The notes under the pieces are model-generated. The model worked only from the letters and a program-made list of their open reading frames with translations, did no database searches and had not been told where the DNA came from. From contig JBBFKW010000001.1 of NCBI GenBank assembly GCA_037481835.1, forward strand, positions 223,443 through 287,442: a stretch of 64,000 nucleotides of DNA, read 5' to 3'. A program made the position numbers and the translations under genes. This DNA is from Desulfosoma sp. Its GTDB lineage: Bacteria; Desulfobacterota; Syntrophobacteria; Syntrophobacterales; DSM-9756. Positions 56,454 to 64,000 of the stretch are shown piece by piece. The stretch's first letter is position 1, and each line of letters begins with the position of its first letter.

Positions 56454-58444
56454 GACACCTCTTCCAGCTGAATTTTCACGGCGGCCCCTTTCGGCGCCCA
56501 CGATCCGCCCGCAGGGTGCTGGCGCACGACACGGCCCCGCCCCTGGGGGGCCACCCCGAGGCCCGTTTCCTTCAAGAGGGAAACGGCCGCCTTGAGCGAC
56601 AATCCCTGGAGGTCAGGGACCAAGACCAAGCCGTCCTCCGTCGACGCCACGGGGGGGCCTTCCGCAGCGCTATCGCCCGGCGCCGTCGAAGCCAGGCGCA
56701 CCGCCGCCGGCAGTTCTTGCGGTTTCTTGTCGGGCAGGACTCCCAGGTAGGGAAGCGCCTTTTCCATCACTTCCCGAAACACCGGCGCCGCCACCACGCC
56801 GCCGTAATGCTCGGGCTGGGGTTCGTGGATCACCACCGTAAGAGCCAGCCGAGGCCGGCCGACGGGGGCAAAGCCCGTGAAAACCGACGTGTACTTGTCC
56901 GCCGAATACCGGCGCGATCCAGGCTCCACCACCTGGGCCGTGCCCGTCTTGCCCGCCGTGGTGTATTGGGCGAGCGCCGCCTTCGTCCCCGTCCCTCCGG
57001 GCTCCACAACCCCTTGCATCAATTCCCGCAGTTTCGCCGCCGTGGCCGGAGCCAGCACCCGGTGCCCTTCATCCTGGCCCAGCACCTTGACCAAGCGGCC
57101 CTGCGGCCCCACCACCGCTTTGGCCACCCTGGGCGTCTTCAGGACGCCCCCGTTGGCGATGGCCGCGACGGCGCTCGTCAGCTGCATGCCCGTCACGGTG
57201 ACCCCCTGGCCGAACGCCGTCACCGCCAAATCAATGGCGCGCCACGAACCCAGCGGCCGGAGCGTCCCCGACACTTCCCCCGGCAGATCCACCCCCGTCT
57301 TTTTACCGAATCCCAATTGGTCCAGGTAGCGGTAAAAACGCTCGGCCCCGAGTCCCTCGGCCAGTTTGAGCGCCCCGATGTTGCTGGAATACTTGAGCAC
57401 CTCCGCCACGGTCAGCCATCCGTGAGGATGCACGTCTCGAATGGTGTGGGAGGCCACCTGAATTCTTCCATTTTCACAAAAGATGCGGTCTTCGGGCCTG
57501 GCGGCACGCACATCCAGCACGGCGGCCAACAGAAAGGTCTTGAACGAACTGCCCGGTTCGAAGGCGTCGGCAACGGCCCTGTTGCGCCATTCCGCCGGCT
57601 GATGCATCCCGTAGTTGTTCGGATCGAAGGTGGGCCAGACGGCCAGAGCCAAGACTTCAAAGGTGTCCACATCCATCAGGATCACCTGGCCGGCGGCGGC
57701 CTGATGCTTCTCCACGGCTTTCTGCAACGCCTGCTCGCACACCGACTGGAGGTATCCGTCCAAAGCCAATTGCAACCCGTAGCGTTCTTCAGGCACGGGA
57801 GGAGGAGTTTCGCGCAACCAAATCTTGCGGCGGCCCCCGTCCCGAAAGGCCGTCGTCGATCGCGGCGACTGCCTCAGCAAGCCGTCGTAGGCCTTTTCGA
57901 TCCCTTCCAAACCGACCCCGTCGATCCCCACAAAACCCACCACATGGCCGCCGGAATGCCGAAAAGGATAGTACCGGCGCCATTCCGAACTGATGCCCAC
58001 ACCGGGAAGGTTCAAGGCCTGCACCTGCCGGGCTTCCTCGGCCGAAAGCCCACGGCGCAGCCGAATGAACCTCTTGTTCTGTCGAAGCTTTTCCTCAAGG
58101 CGCGGGGCGGGTTCCCCCACAATGGGAGCGAGCCGCTCGGCCGCCGTCCTGGGGTCGGTCATGAGCGTGCCGTCGGCGAACAGGCAGGGGGACTTGACGG
58201 ACAAGGCCACGTCATGGCCGCGCCGATCCACGATCTTGCCGCGATACACAGGCACATCCACCACGCTCTGCGCCTGCCCCACATGAATTTCCTTCCACCG
58301 GGCGTTGTCCACAACCTGGACGTAGAAGGCACGGCCGAGAATGGCGCTGCAGAGCACAAGTCCCAAGCCTTGCAGCAAACGACACGAAAACCAGAACCGA
58401 AATCCCGGTCTCTTCTTTTCCGTCCGCTGCTCCCAAGAACTCAT
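56450..58444 (-). CDS. ftsI: Class B PBP FtsI with C-terminal PASTA domain
   Basis: EPGSSFK (SxxK), SSN and KTG motifs; PASTA VPDLQG. Confidence 0.95.
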   Translation of the reverse strand: MSSWEQRTEKKRPGFRFWFSCRLLQGLGLVLCSAILGRAFYVQVVDNARWKEIHVGQAQSVVDVPVYRGKIVDRRGHDVALSVKSPCLFADGTLMTDPRTAAERLAPIVGEPAPRLEEKLRQNKRFIRLRRGLSAEEARQVQALNLPGVGISSEWRRYYPFRHSGGHVVGFVGIDGVGLEGIEKAYDGLLRQSPRSTTAFRDGGRRKIWLRETPPPVPEERYGLQLALDGYLQSVCEQALQKAVEKHQAAAGQVILMDVDTFEVLALAVWPTFDPNNYGMHQPAEWRNRAVADAFEPGSSFKTFLLAAVLDVRAARPEDRIFCENGRIQVASHTIRDVHPHGWLTVAEVLKYSSNIGALKLAEGLGAERFYRYLDQLGFGKKTGVDLPGEVSGTLRPLGSWRAIDLAVTAFGQGVTVTGMQLTSAVAAIANGGVLKTPRVAKAVVGPQGRLVKVLGQDEGHRVLAPATAAKLRELMQGVVEPGGTGTKAALAQYTTAGKTGTAQVVEPGSRRYSADKYTSVFTGFAPVGRPRLALTVVIHEPQPEHYGGVVAAPVFREVMEKALPYLGVLPDKKPQELPAAVRLASTAPGDSAAEGPPVASTEDGLVLVPDLQGLSLKAAVSLLKETGLGVAPQGRGRVVRQHPAGGSWAPKGAAVKIQLEEVS

Positions 58445-58497
58445 GGCGCACCCGCCTCGTTGAGATTCCCTTCAGGGCCTTTGGGGCCCCCAATCCT

Positions 58498-58845
58498 TCA
58501 GGGCTCCTCAAGAAACCATCGCTCGCTCTCCCGCGCTTCCCGAAGCTGAAAACGGCCGCGGGCGACCGCCTGCAACCGATCCGGAGCCTGAAGGCGCCCC
58601 CATTCCAATTCCACGCGCCGCTTCACTTCAAACCACGTGGCGTATTCTTGCTGCAACTGCATGATGCGGTAGCTGTCGCTCACTTGACGGCTTTGCAGCC
58701 ACATGTAAAAACCCGCAAGCCCCGCTCCGAAAAGTCCCAAAATGATCGCCAGGAGCCGCATCATCCGCTGAACCGTCCGCCGCTCCTCCAGGCTGCGGTC
58801 GAAAAGAGCCTGGAGTGAAAGATGGCAAGCATTAGGCCCGCGCAC
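58498..58845 (-). CDS. ftsL: Cell division protein FtsL
   Basis: Lies between rsmH and ftsI; one TM helix plus coiled coil. Start is uncertain. Confidence 0.7.
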   Translation of the reverse strand: MRGPNACHLSLQALFDRSLEERRTVQRMMRLLAIILGLFGAGLAGFYMWLQSRQVSDSYRIMQLQQEYATWFEVKRRVELEWGRLQAPDRLQAVARGRFQLREARESERWFLEEP

Positions 58846-58900
58846 CGTTAAGGCCGCCCACAGTCCCGTGGGGTCAACCGCCGCGCGAAGGCCCTCCTAG

Positions 58901-58999
58901 GAGGCTGTCTGAGAATGCCGATTTTGGTGCTTTATGGCATCCTAACTATCTGAATTTACGTTGCTCAAATCGGCAAGAATCGAGTTCTCGGACAGCCTC
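58901..58999. mobile_element. 99-bp MITE (copy A2) flanked by CTAG
   Basis: TIRs GAGGCTGTCTGAGAA / TTCTCGGACAGCCTC (14 of 15 match). CTAG at 58897 and 59000. Confidence 0.9.
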
Positions 59000-59956
59000 C
59001 TAGGAAAGCTTCTCCACAGCCCGGAGCTTGGCGCTTCGGGCCCTCGGGTTCCGTGCCAATTCTTCTTTTCCAGGCCGGACCGGTTTCCGGGTGAGAATCT
59101 TCACCAGGAGTCGGCCTTCGCACCGGCAGACGGGAATGTGTGCCGGGCACCGACACGACTGCGCCCACCGTTGAAAGGCTCTTTTCACCAGCCGGTCCTC
59201 CAGGGAATGGAACGTCACGATCACAAGGCGTCCCAAGGGTTTGAGAAGGCCGGGCACGGAATCCAAGAACCGCTCCAGGACTTCCAATTCCCGGTTCACG
59301 GCCAGGCGTAACGCCAAGAACGTGCGGGTCGCCGGGTGGATGCGCCTCGTGTCGGCACTCTGAGGAACCACCGCCGCCACCACTTGGGCGAGATCCGTCG
59401 TCGTCTGAAACGGCCGCTCCCGCCTCCGTGCTGCGACGGCCGCGGCAATCCTTCGGGCGAAGCGCTCCTCGCCCAATTCCCGAATGAGGGACGCCAACTC
59501 CTCTTCCGGAAGGGTGTTCACCAAATGGGCGGCGGTGACGGGCTGTGTCCTGTCGAGCCTCATATCCAGCGGCCCCTCCTCGAGGAAACTCAAACCCCGC
59601 CGGGGATCGTCCAGTTGGTCGGAAGAAACGCCCAAGTCGGCCACGATCCCGTCCACCGCGGACCAGCCGTGCCAGGCCAAAAGATCGGCCAAGGCGTCAA
59701 AGGAAGCCCTTTCGATGATCGCCCGGCTTCCATAGGGGGCCAGCCTGCGCCGAACCCGATCCACGGCCTCTTGGTCCCAGTCCAGCCCCAAGAGAAGACC
59801 GTCGGGAGCCGACGCCTGAAGAATCGCTTCTGCATATCCGCCTCCGCCCACCGTGGCGTCCACATACCGGCCCCCGGGCTGACATCGGAGAAAGCCCACG
59901 GCCTCCTCCATCAAAACGGGACAATGAGCACTCGGTGGCGCGGGGAGGTCCTTCAC
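59000..59956 (-). CDS. rsmH: 16S rRNA m4C1402 methyltransferase
   Basis: HCPV, DATVGGGGY, DLGVSS, HPATRTF, FHSLED and NPRARSAKLR motifs. GTG start at 59956. Confidence 0.97.
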   Translation of the reverse strand: MKDLPAPPSAHCPVLMEEAVGFLRCQPGGRYVDATVGGGGYAEAILQASAPDGLLLGLDWDQEAVDRVRRRLAPYGSRAIIERASFDALADLLAWHGWSAVDGIVADLGVSSDQLDDPRRGLSFLEEGPLDMRLDRTQPVTAAHLVNTLPEEELASLIRELGEERFARRIAAAVAARRRERPFQTTTDLAQVVAAVVPQSADTRRIHPATRTFLALRLAVNRELEVLERFLDSVPGLLKPLGRLVIVTFHSLEDRLVKRAFQRWAQSCRCPAHIPVCRCEGRLLVKILTRKPVRPGKEELARNPRARSAKLRAVEKLS

Positions 59957-59966
59957 GGCATGGCCC

Positions 59967-60419
59967 CTAATAGAAAGCCTCCTTGCTGAGCCGTTCGAAA
60001 TTGTTTTCGGCCCACTTGTCGTAGTCTCGCCAATGGCCCATGTCCCAAATCTCGATGTGGTCCAAACTGCCCACCACCAAGACTTCCTGCTGGATTTTGG
60101 CACGATCTCGGTGCAAAGAGGGGATGAGGATGCGGCCGTGCTTGTCGATTTCCGATTCCACGCCGCTGGCGATGTAATAGCGGATCAAGGCGCGGTAGTC
60201 CTCGTGGAGGCCGGCTTTCGCCATGATTTTCTCTTCCAGGACTTCCCAGACTTCGGGAGGGTAGGCGTCCAGCCAACGAGGACCGGCGGCCAAGATCAGC
60301 CCGTCGGTGTAGTTTTGTTGCAGGGTTTCCCGCAACTTGGTGGGAATCCGCAAGCGGCCTTTGTCATCCAGGCGTACCACGAATTGGCCTCGGAATCGTG
60401 GCGTTTTGAGGAGTCCCAC
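59967..60419 (-). CDS. mraZ: Transcriptional regulator MraZ
   Basis: Two DxxGR motifs (DDKGR, DKHGR) and IEIW. Confidence 0.97.
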   Translation of the reverse strand: MGLLKTPRFRGQFVVRLDDKGRLRIPTKLRETLQQNYTDGLILAAGPRWLDAYPPEVWEVLEEKIMAKAGLHEDYRALIRYYIASGVESEIDKHGRILIPSLHRDRAKIQQEVLVVGSLDHIEIWDMGHWRDYDKWAENNFERLSKEAFY

Positions 60420-60450
60420 TTTTCCCCCCTATATGCCCACTTTTTCCCAC
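60415..60450 (-). promoter_or_regulatory. MraZ-binding direct repeats
   Basis: GTGGG-AAAAA-GTGGG-CATAT-AGGGGGG-AAAA-GTGGG, about 10-bp periodicity, immediately upstream of mraZ. Confidence 0.75.
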
Positions 60451-60458
60451 CTGGATGC

Positions 60459-60487
60459 CTTTTAGCACCACCCCCTCCCTCTGTCAA
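60459..60487 (-). promoter_or_regulatory. dcw (Pmra) sigma70 promoter
   Basis: TTGACA-N17-TAAAAG with extended -10 TG. Confidence 0.75.
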
Positions 60488-60614
60488 ACGCAAAAAGGCC
60501 CATGAGACCCTTAAGAAAGAAATTTTTTTCTTCGAGAAAATTCTAGCTTTTTCGAAAGGATCGGCGATAAAGGGACAAACGGGGCCGGGACAAGCTCCAG
60601 GCCCCGGCAGGCGG

Positions 60615-61865
60615 CTAGGACGAGGTTGAGGGGGGGACGAAAATGTCCAGCCGGATTTTTTTCACGCTTTTCCCGCGCATCTCGAGAACGTACAGACGGT
60701 AGGATCCCACGGCGATCTCGTCACCCGGCTGAGGGATCCGACTTAGTTCCTTTTGGACCAACCCGCCGAGGGTTTTCACCTCATCTTCGGGCAAGGCGAT
60801 GCGCAGCCATCGGTTGAGGTCCCGGACCGGGGTGCGCCCATCCACCACATAGGTCGTATCGCCGACCTTCCGCACCCATGGATGCTGGGGATCGTGCTCG
60901 TCTTGAATTTCACCGACGATTTCTTCCAGCACGTCCTCCATGGTGACGATCCCCGTGACGTTTCCGTATTCATCGACCACGATGCTCAAGTGCGCCCGCT
61001 CTTTTTTGAAATTCAACAACTGCTGGCGGATGCTGCGCAGTTCCGGGACAAAATTGGGCGCTCGGACGATGGATTTCAGTCGAAAGGAACCGTCCTTGGG
61101 GCTCAGGAAAAAATCCCGTTCGTGGATAAACCCCACGATATCGGCCGGGTCGTCTCGATACACGGGGTATCGGGCGTACTTGTGCATTTCGATGGTACGG
61201 TAGACGTCCTCGTAAGAGGCGTCCAAACGGACGCTCACCACATCCCGAAGGGGCACGGCAATATCGCCCACCTGAGTCTTTTCCAAAGACAAAACCCCCA
61301 GGAGCATGTCCTGCTTTTCGGGATCCAGCGCCCCTTCTTCCGTGCCGGCCTTGATGATCATGGCGATTTCCTCTTCCGTCAGGCGAACTCGCCGGCTGGG
61401 CTTGCGGATGCCGGTGAGCCGGATCAGCCCGTGGGAGGTCAGGGACAAGAGGTGAACGAAGGGATAGCAGAGGCGGATGCACCAAAGGAGCGCAGGGGCG
61501 ATGGCGACGACGATCTTTTCCGCGTAGTAGACCCCCACGGTCTTGGGAGTGATTTCCGAAAAGACCAGCAGGCACACCGTGGTCACGGCGGTAGCCACAA
61601 GCACGCCGCGTTCGCCCACCACCCGGATGGCCAGGGCCGTGGCGAGGGCCGACAGGGCCACATTGACCAGGTTGTTGCAAAACAAGAGAGCGGCGATGAG
61701 CTTTTCCGGTTCCTTGAGGATGCCTCGCGCCAAACGCGCCCGCCTTTCGCTTCGAGCCCTTTGGCGAAGACGCATGCGGTCCACGGCCATGTAAGCCGTT
61801 TCCGCCCCGGAAAAAAACGCCGAAAGCCCCAAAAGAATGACCATGATTGCAAGATCCGTCGCCAT
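60615..61865 (-). CDS. CNNM/HlyC/CorC family protein (DUF21-CBS-CorC)
   Basis: SAFFSGAETA, EITPK, VDEYG and EDVLEEIVGEIQDE motifs. Confidence 0.93.
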   Translation of the reverse strand: MATDLAIMVILLGLSAFFSGAETAYMAVDRMRLRQRARSERRARLARGILKEPEKLIAALLFCNNLVNVALSALATALAIRVVGERGVLVATAVTTVCLLVFSEITPKTVGVYYAEKIVVAIAPALLWCIRLCYPFVHLLSLTSHGLIRLTGIRKPSRRVRLTEEEIAMIIKAGTEEGALDPEKQDMLLGVLSLEKTQVGDIAVPLRDVVSVRLDASYEDVYRTIEMHKYARYPVYRDDPADIVGFIHERDFFLSPKDGSFRLKSIVRAPNFVPELRSIRQQLLNFKKERAHLSIVVDEYGNVTGIVTMEDVLEEIVGEIQDEHDPQHPWVRKVGDTTYVVDGRTPVRDLNRWLRIALPEDEVKTLGGLVQKELSRIPQPGDEIAVGSYRLYVLEMRGKSVKKIRLDIFVPPSTSS

Positions 61866-61945
61866 GGAGCACCTGCCCCTCACTTCCCGGGTGGGAGAAA
61901 AGTCGGCTCTTGCCCCTGCCCCGCTCCTCGTGGTAAGAGTGCTCC

Positions 61946-62045
61946 GGGCCAGGGGGAATGCCTTCCGGGGTATTGTCCTTCGGCCTAAAAAGCCTCTGCT
62001 TAGACCGTCAGGCCTTCCCTCCAACCAGCAGAGGCTTTTTTCTTT
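61946..62045 (+). ncRNA. Candidate sRNA or attenuator leader
   Basis: Upstream TTGCCC-N18-TAAGAG with extended -10 TG. Hairpin at 61947-61985. Perfect 14-bp stem 61987-62000/62027-62040 with a U-tract. Confidence 0.4.
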
Positions 62046-62087
62046 CGCCGTCCCGAAGGGCTCACTCTACCAAAACGAGGAAAAAGA

Positions 62088-62282
62088 ATGAACGCCGACG
62101 ATGAACTGATCCTCAAAATGGCCAAGGAAGTCGTCATCAAGTTCATCGAATTGGGCAGGGTGTCGCCGACCAATTTCGAGGCCACGTTCCGCGCCGTCTT
62201 TTGGGCCATCAAGAACACGCTGGTGGATTCGCGGGCTTCCGCGTTGAGCGGCGACCTCTTGGAAAGCACCGGGGACGCCTAG
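62088..62282 (+). CDS. Small hypothetical protein
   Basis: GAGG RBS. ILKMAKEVVIKFIELGRVSP motif resembles small proteins I associate with Deltaproteobacteria. Confidence 0.8.
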   Translation: MNADDELILKMAKEVVIKFIELGRVSPTNFEATFRAVFWAIKNTLVDSRASALSGDLLESTGDA

Positions 62283-62478
62283 GCGGCGTTCCGAAAAACG
62301 CCGCACAAGGTACCTTATCTGGGAAAAGAAAAACCGCCTGGAACCGGGGAAAGGATTCGCCAGGCGGCAGGAAATGCCACCATCCATCAGGCCGTGCGAT
62401 GCAGGCGGTTTCAAGGACGGGAGCCGGGGCGCCCGCAATCCCGGCACCCCCCCGGCTCCCTTGCCGTCGCGGGATCGC

Positions 62479-62724
62479 TCAGGCGGATTGAACCTTTTCG
62501 ATGTAGTCGTAGATATCTTGCACCGTTCGGATTTTCTCCGCTTCCTCATCGGGGATTTCCAGATCGAAAGCTTCTTCCAGGGCCATGATGAGTTCCACCA
62601 CGTCCAGGGAATCGGCTCCCAGGTCGTCGACGACGTGGGCCTGGGGCGTGATGACGTCTTTTTCCACACCCAGCTGATTGGCGATGATCTCCACCACTTT
62701 GGCCTTCATTGCGTTGATGTCCAT
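62479..62724 (-). CDS. acpP: Acyl carrier protein
   Basis: [18 protein letters not shown] phosphopantetheine site. GAGGAGG RBS. Confidence 0.97.
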   Translation of the reverse strand: MDINAMKAKVVEIIANQLGVEKDVITPQAHVVDDLGADSLDVVELIMALEEAFDLEIPDEEAEKIRTVQDIYDYIEKVQSA

Positions 62725-63659
62725 GACTTTTCCTCCTCGAGTGTTATCGGCCTGTTGACAAACCCGTAAAAGAGCACGTCCCGCACCGTCGGCAGCTCAT
62801 CCACCAGGGAATAGGTGCAGTCCTGCGCCAGCCAGCGCTGGATCACGCCGTGAATGAACCCCATCACCCCGTGAAAGACGGTGTGAAAATTCACGTCCTT
62901 GAGGACCTGCTGCTGGCGGGCTTCGCGGATCTTGCGTTTGAGGCGCGGGATCCGGCGCATGATCTTTTCCACGTAGAGGTCTTGGAGCCGTTCGTCCAGA
63001 TCCGGGTGTTCATGGACCATGACCCGGTAGAGTCCCTGGTTGCGGTCGAAGAACTCGAAGTAGATGTGCAGGTATTTTTCGATCATGGACAGGACATCGT
63101 CGTCGCTGTCCAAGATGCGTTCCGCCTCGGCTTCCAGCTCCTTGAGGCGGGTTTGGACCAATTGGTGAAAAAGGCTTTCCTTGCTCGGAAAATGGCGGTA
63201 GAGGGTCCCCTTGCCCACTTCGGCCCGTTCGGCGATCTCGTCCATGGTCGCCTGGTGAAATCCTTTTTGGCTGAACACCTCTTGAGCCGCCCCCAGAATG
63301 CGCTCCCTCGTGCGGCGTCCTTCCCCGTGCCGACCGGCCTTTTCGCCCGCGGCCTGTTCCACCATGGCCGAAAGGAGCCTTTCCAGAAGGTCGGTATCGG
63401 AAACGCCCGCATCGGCGGCGGCAGCTCGGAACGTGCGCACAAGGGCCGTTGCGGATGGGCGGGATACCGCCGGAAGATGCCCCCATTCGCCCACGGCCGC
63501 CTCAAAAACCCGCACAGCCCGTTCGGCGGCGCCGCTCCCTTGCGCTTCTGCAATGAGGTGCCGAAGAGCCTGGGCCAGTTCATTAGGGGTTTCGTTTCTT
63601 GCCGCCTTTTTCAAAGCGAGGCACAGGCTTTGGCGCCGTTTCGTCATGCCGGTCTTCAT
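62706..63659 (-). CDS. TetR/AcrR-family regulator with an N-terminal extension of about 100 aa
   Basis: [46 protein letters not shown]. Start at 63659 or 63647. Confidence 0.9.
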   Translation of the reverse strand: MKTGMTKRRQSLCLALKKAARNETPNELAQALRHLIAEAQGSGAAERAVRVFEAAVGEWGHLPAVSRPSATALVRTFRAAAADAGVSDTDLLERLLSAMVEQAAGEKAGRHGEGRRTRERILGAAQEVFSQKGFHQATMDEIAERAEVGKGTLYRHFPSKESLFHQLVQTRLKELEAEAERILDSDDDVLSMIEKYLHIYFEFFDRNQGLYRVMVHEHPDLDERLQDLYVEKIMRRIPRLKRKIREARQQQVLKDVNFHTVFHGVMGFIHGVIQRWLAQDCTYSLVDELPTVRDVLFYGFVNRPITLEEEKSWTSTQ

Positions 63660-63678
63660 TCTCCCCGAGCCGTTTCTT

Positions 63679-63694
63679 GACGGACCGGTCCGTC
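63679..63694. promoter_or_regulatory. Perfect 16-bp palindrome, likely TetR operator
   Basis: GACGGACC/GGTCCGTC overlapping the -10 and +1 of the tetR promoter. Confidence 0.7.
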
Positions 63695-63720
63695 TTAATG
63701 TCCGCGAAAGGATCTGTCAA
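63692..63720 (-). promoter_or_regulatory. sigma70 promoter of tetR-acpP
   Basis: TTGACA-N17-TAAGAC. Confidence 0.65.
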
Positions 63721-63968
63721 GGCGAAAAAAGCCCATATGGGCAAGGTTCGGAAGCCGCAAATCGGCACGGCATCGGGGTGCTCAAAAGTCGTTCGCACCG
63801 CCCCAATCCGTCGCGCCAAAGGGCCCTTCGTGGGCCACTTTTGACCTTCCAGTCCGGCCAAAGCCCTCCGGGGATTTTTCCCGCTCCTTTTCGCGCAATC
63901 CCTATGCTTTGGCCCACACGGTGTACTCCCTCAACTTTTCCCTAACCCAAGTTTGTCACTTTTGTGTG

Positions 63969-63981
63969 TAAGGTGTTGATT
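63969..63981. promoter_or_regulatory. IHF-binding consensus
   Basis: TAAGGTGTTGATT is the reverse complement of WATCAANNNNTTR and lies in an AT-rich tract. Confidence 0.45.
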
Positions 63982-64000
63982 TTGCTTGGATGTGGTTTTG

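Noticed and set aside
61995..62035. SRP (4.5S) RNA, suggested by GTCAGG...AGCAG
   Set aside because: The conserved GGAA-tetraloop domain (CAGGUCCGGAAGGAAGCAG) is absent.

Overview
A GC-rich (about 60%) core-chromosome window from a Desulfobacterota (former Deltaproteobacteria) bacterium. The lineage is inferred from gene order and content, and Syntrophobacterales-like is plausible. It carries: obgE-rpmA-rplU; an amino-acid uptake and catabolism block (class III aminotransferase, polar amino-acid ABC transporter, TAXI-TRAP transporter, DUF849/BKACE cleavage enzyme); murJ; a moeA-PBP fusion; uvrD-xth; gatCA; fapA; glgC; ccdA/tlpA; recO-rodZ-surA-mfd; selA; an MFS transporter; an ABC1 kinase, phasin-like protein and DnaJ; the dcw cluster; a CNNM transporter; and tetR-acpP. 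I saw no tRNA, rRNA, CRISPR array, prophage or transposase. Signals missed or cut short by the ORF track: (1) a UGA-recoded HesB/IscA-like selenoprotein about 1.8 kb from selA; (2) a family of about 100-bp CTAG-flanked MITEs sitting on TAG stop codons, one of which carries a REP-like doublet between IS-type ends; (3) a dcw cluster that cleanly lacks both mraY and murG; (4) a 41-aa four-Cys ORF with its own promoter and terminator ahead of rplU; (5) a sigma54-type promoter upstream of two unknown small proteins; (6) a candidate sRNA or attenuator with an anti-SD loop; (7) a possible beta-amino-dicarboxylate catabolic route. All calls come from reading the sequence by eye; no database searches were run.
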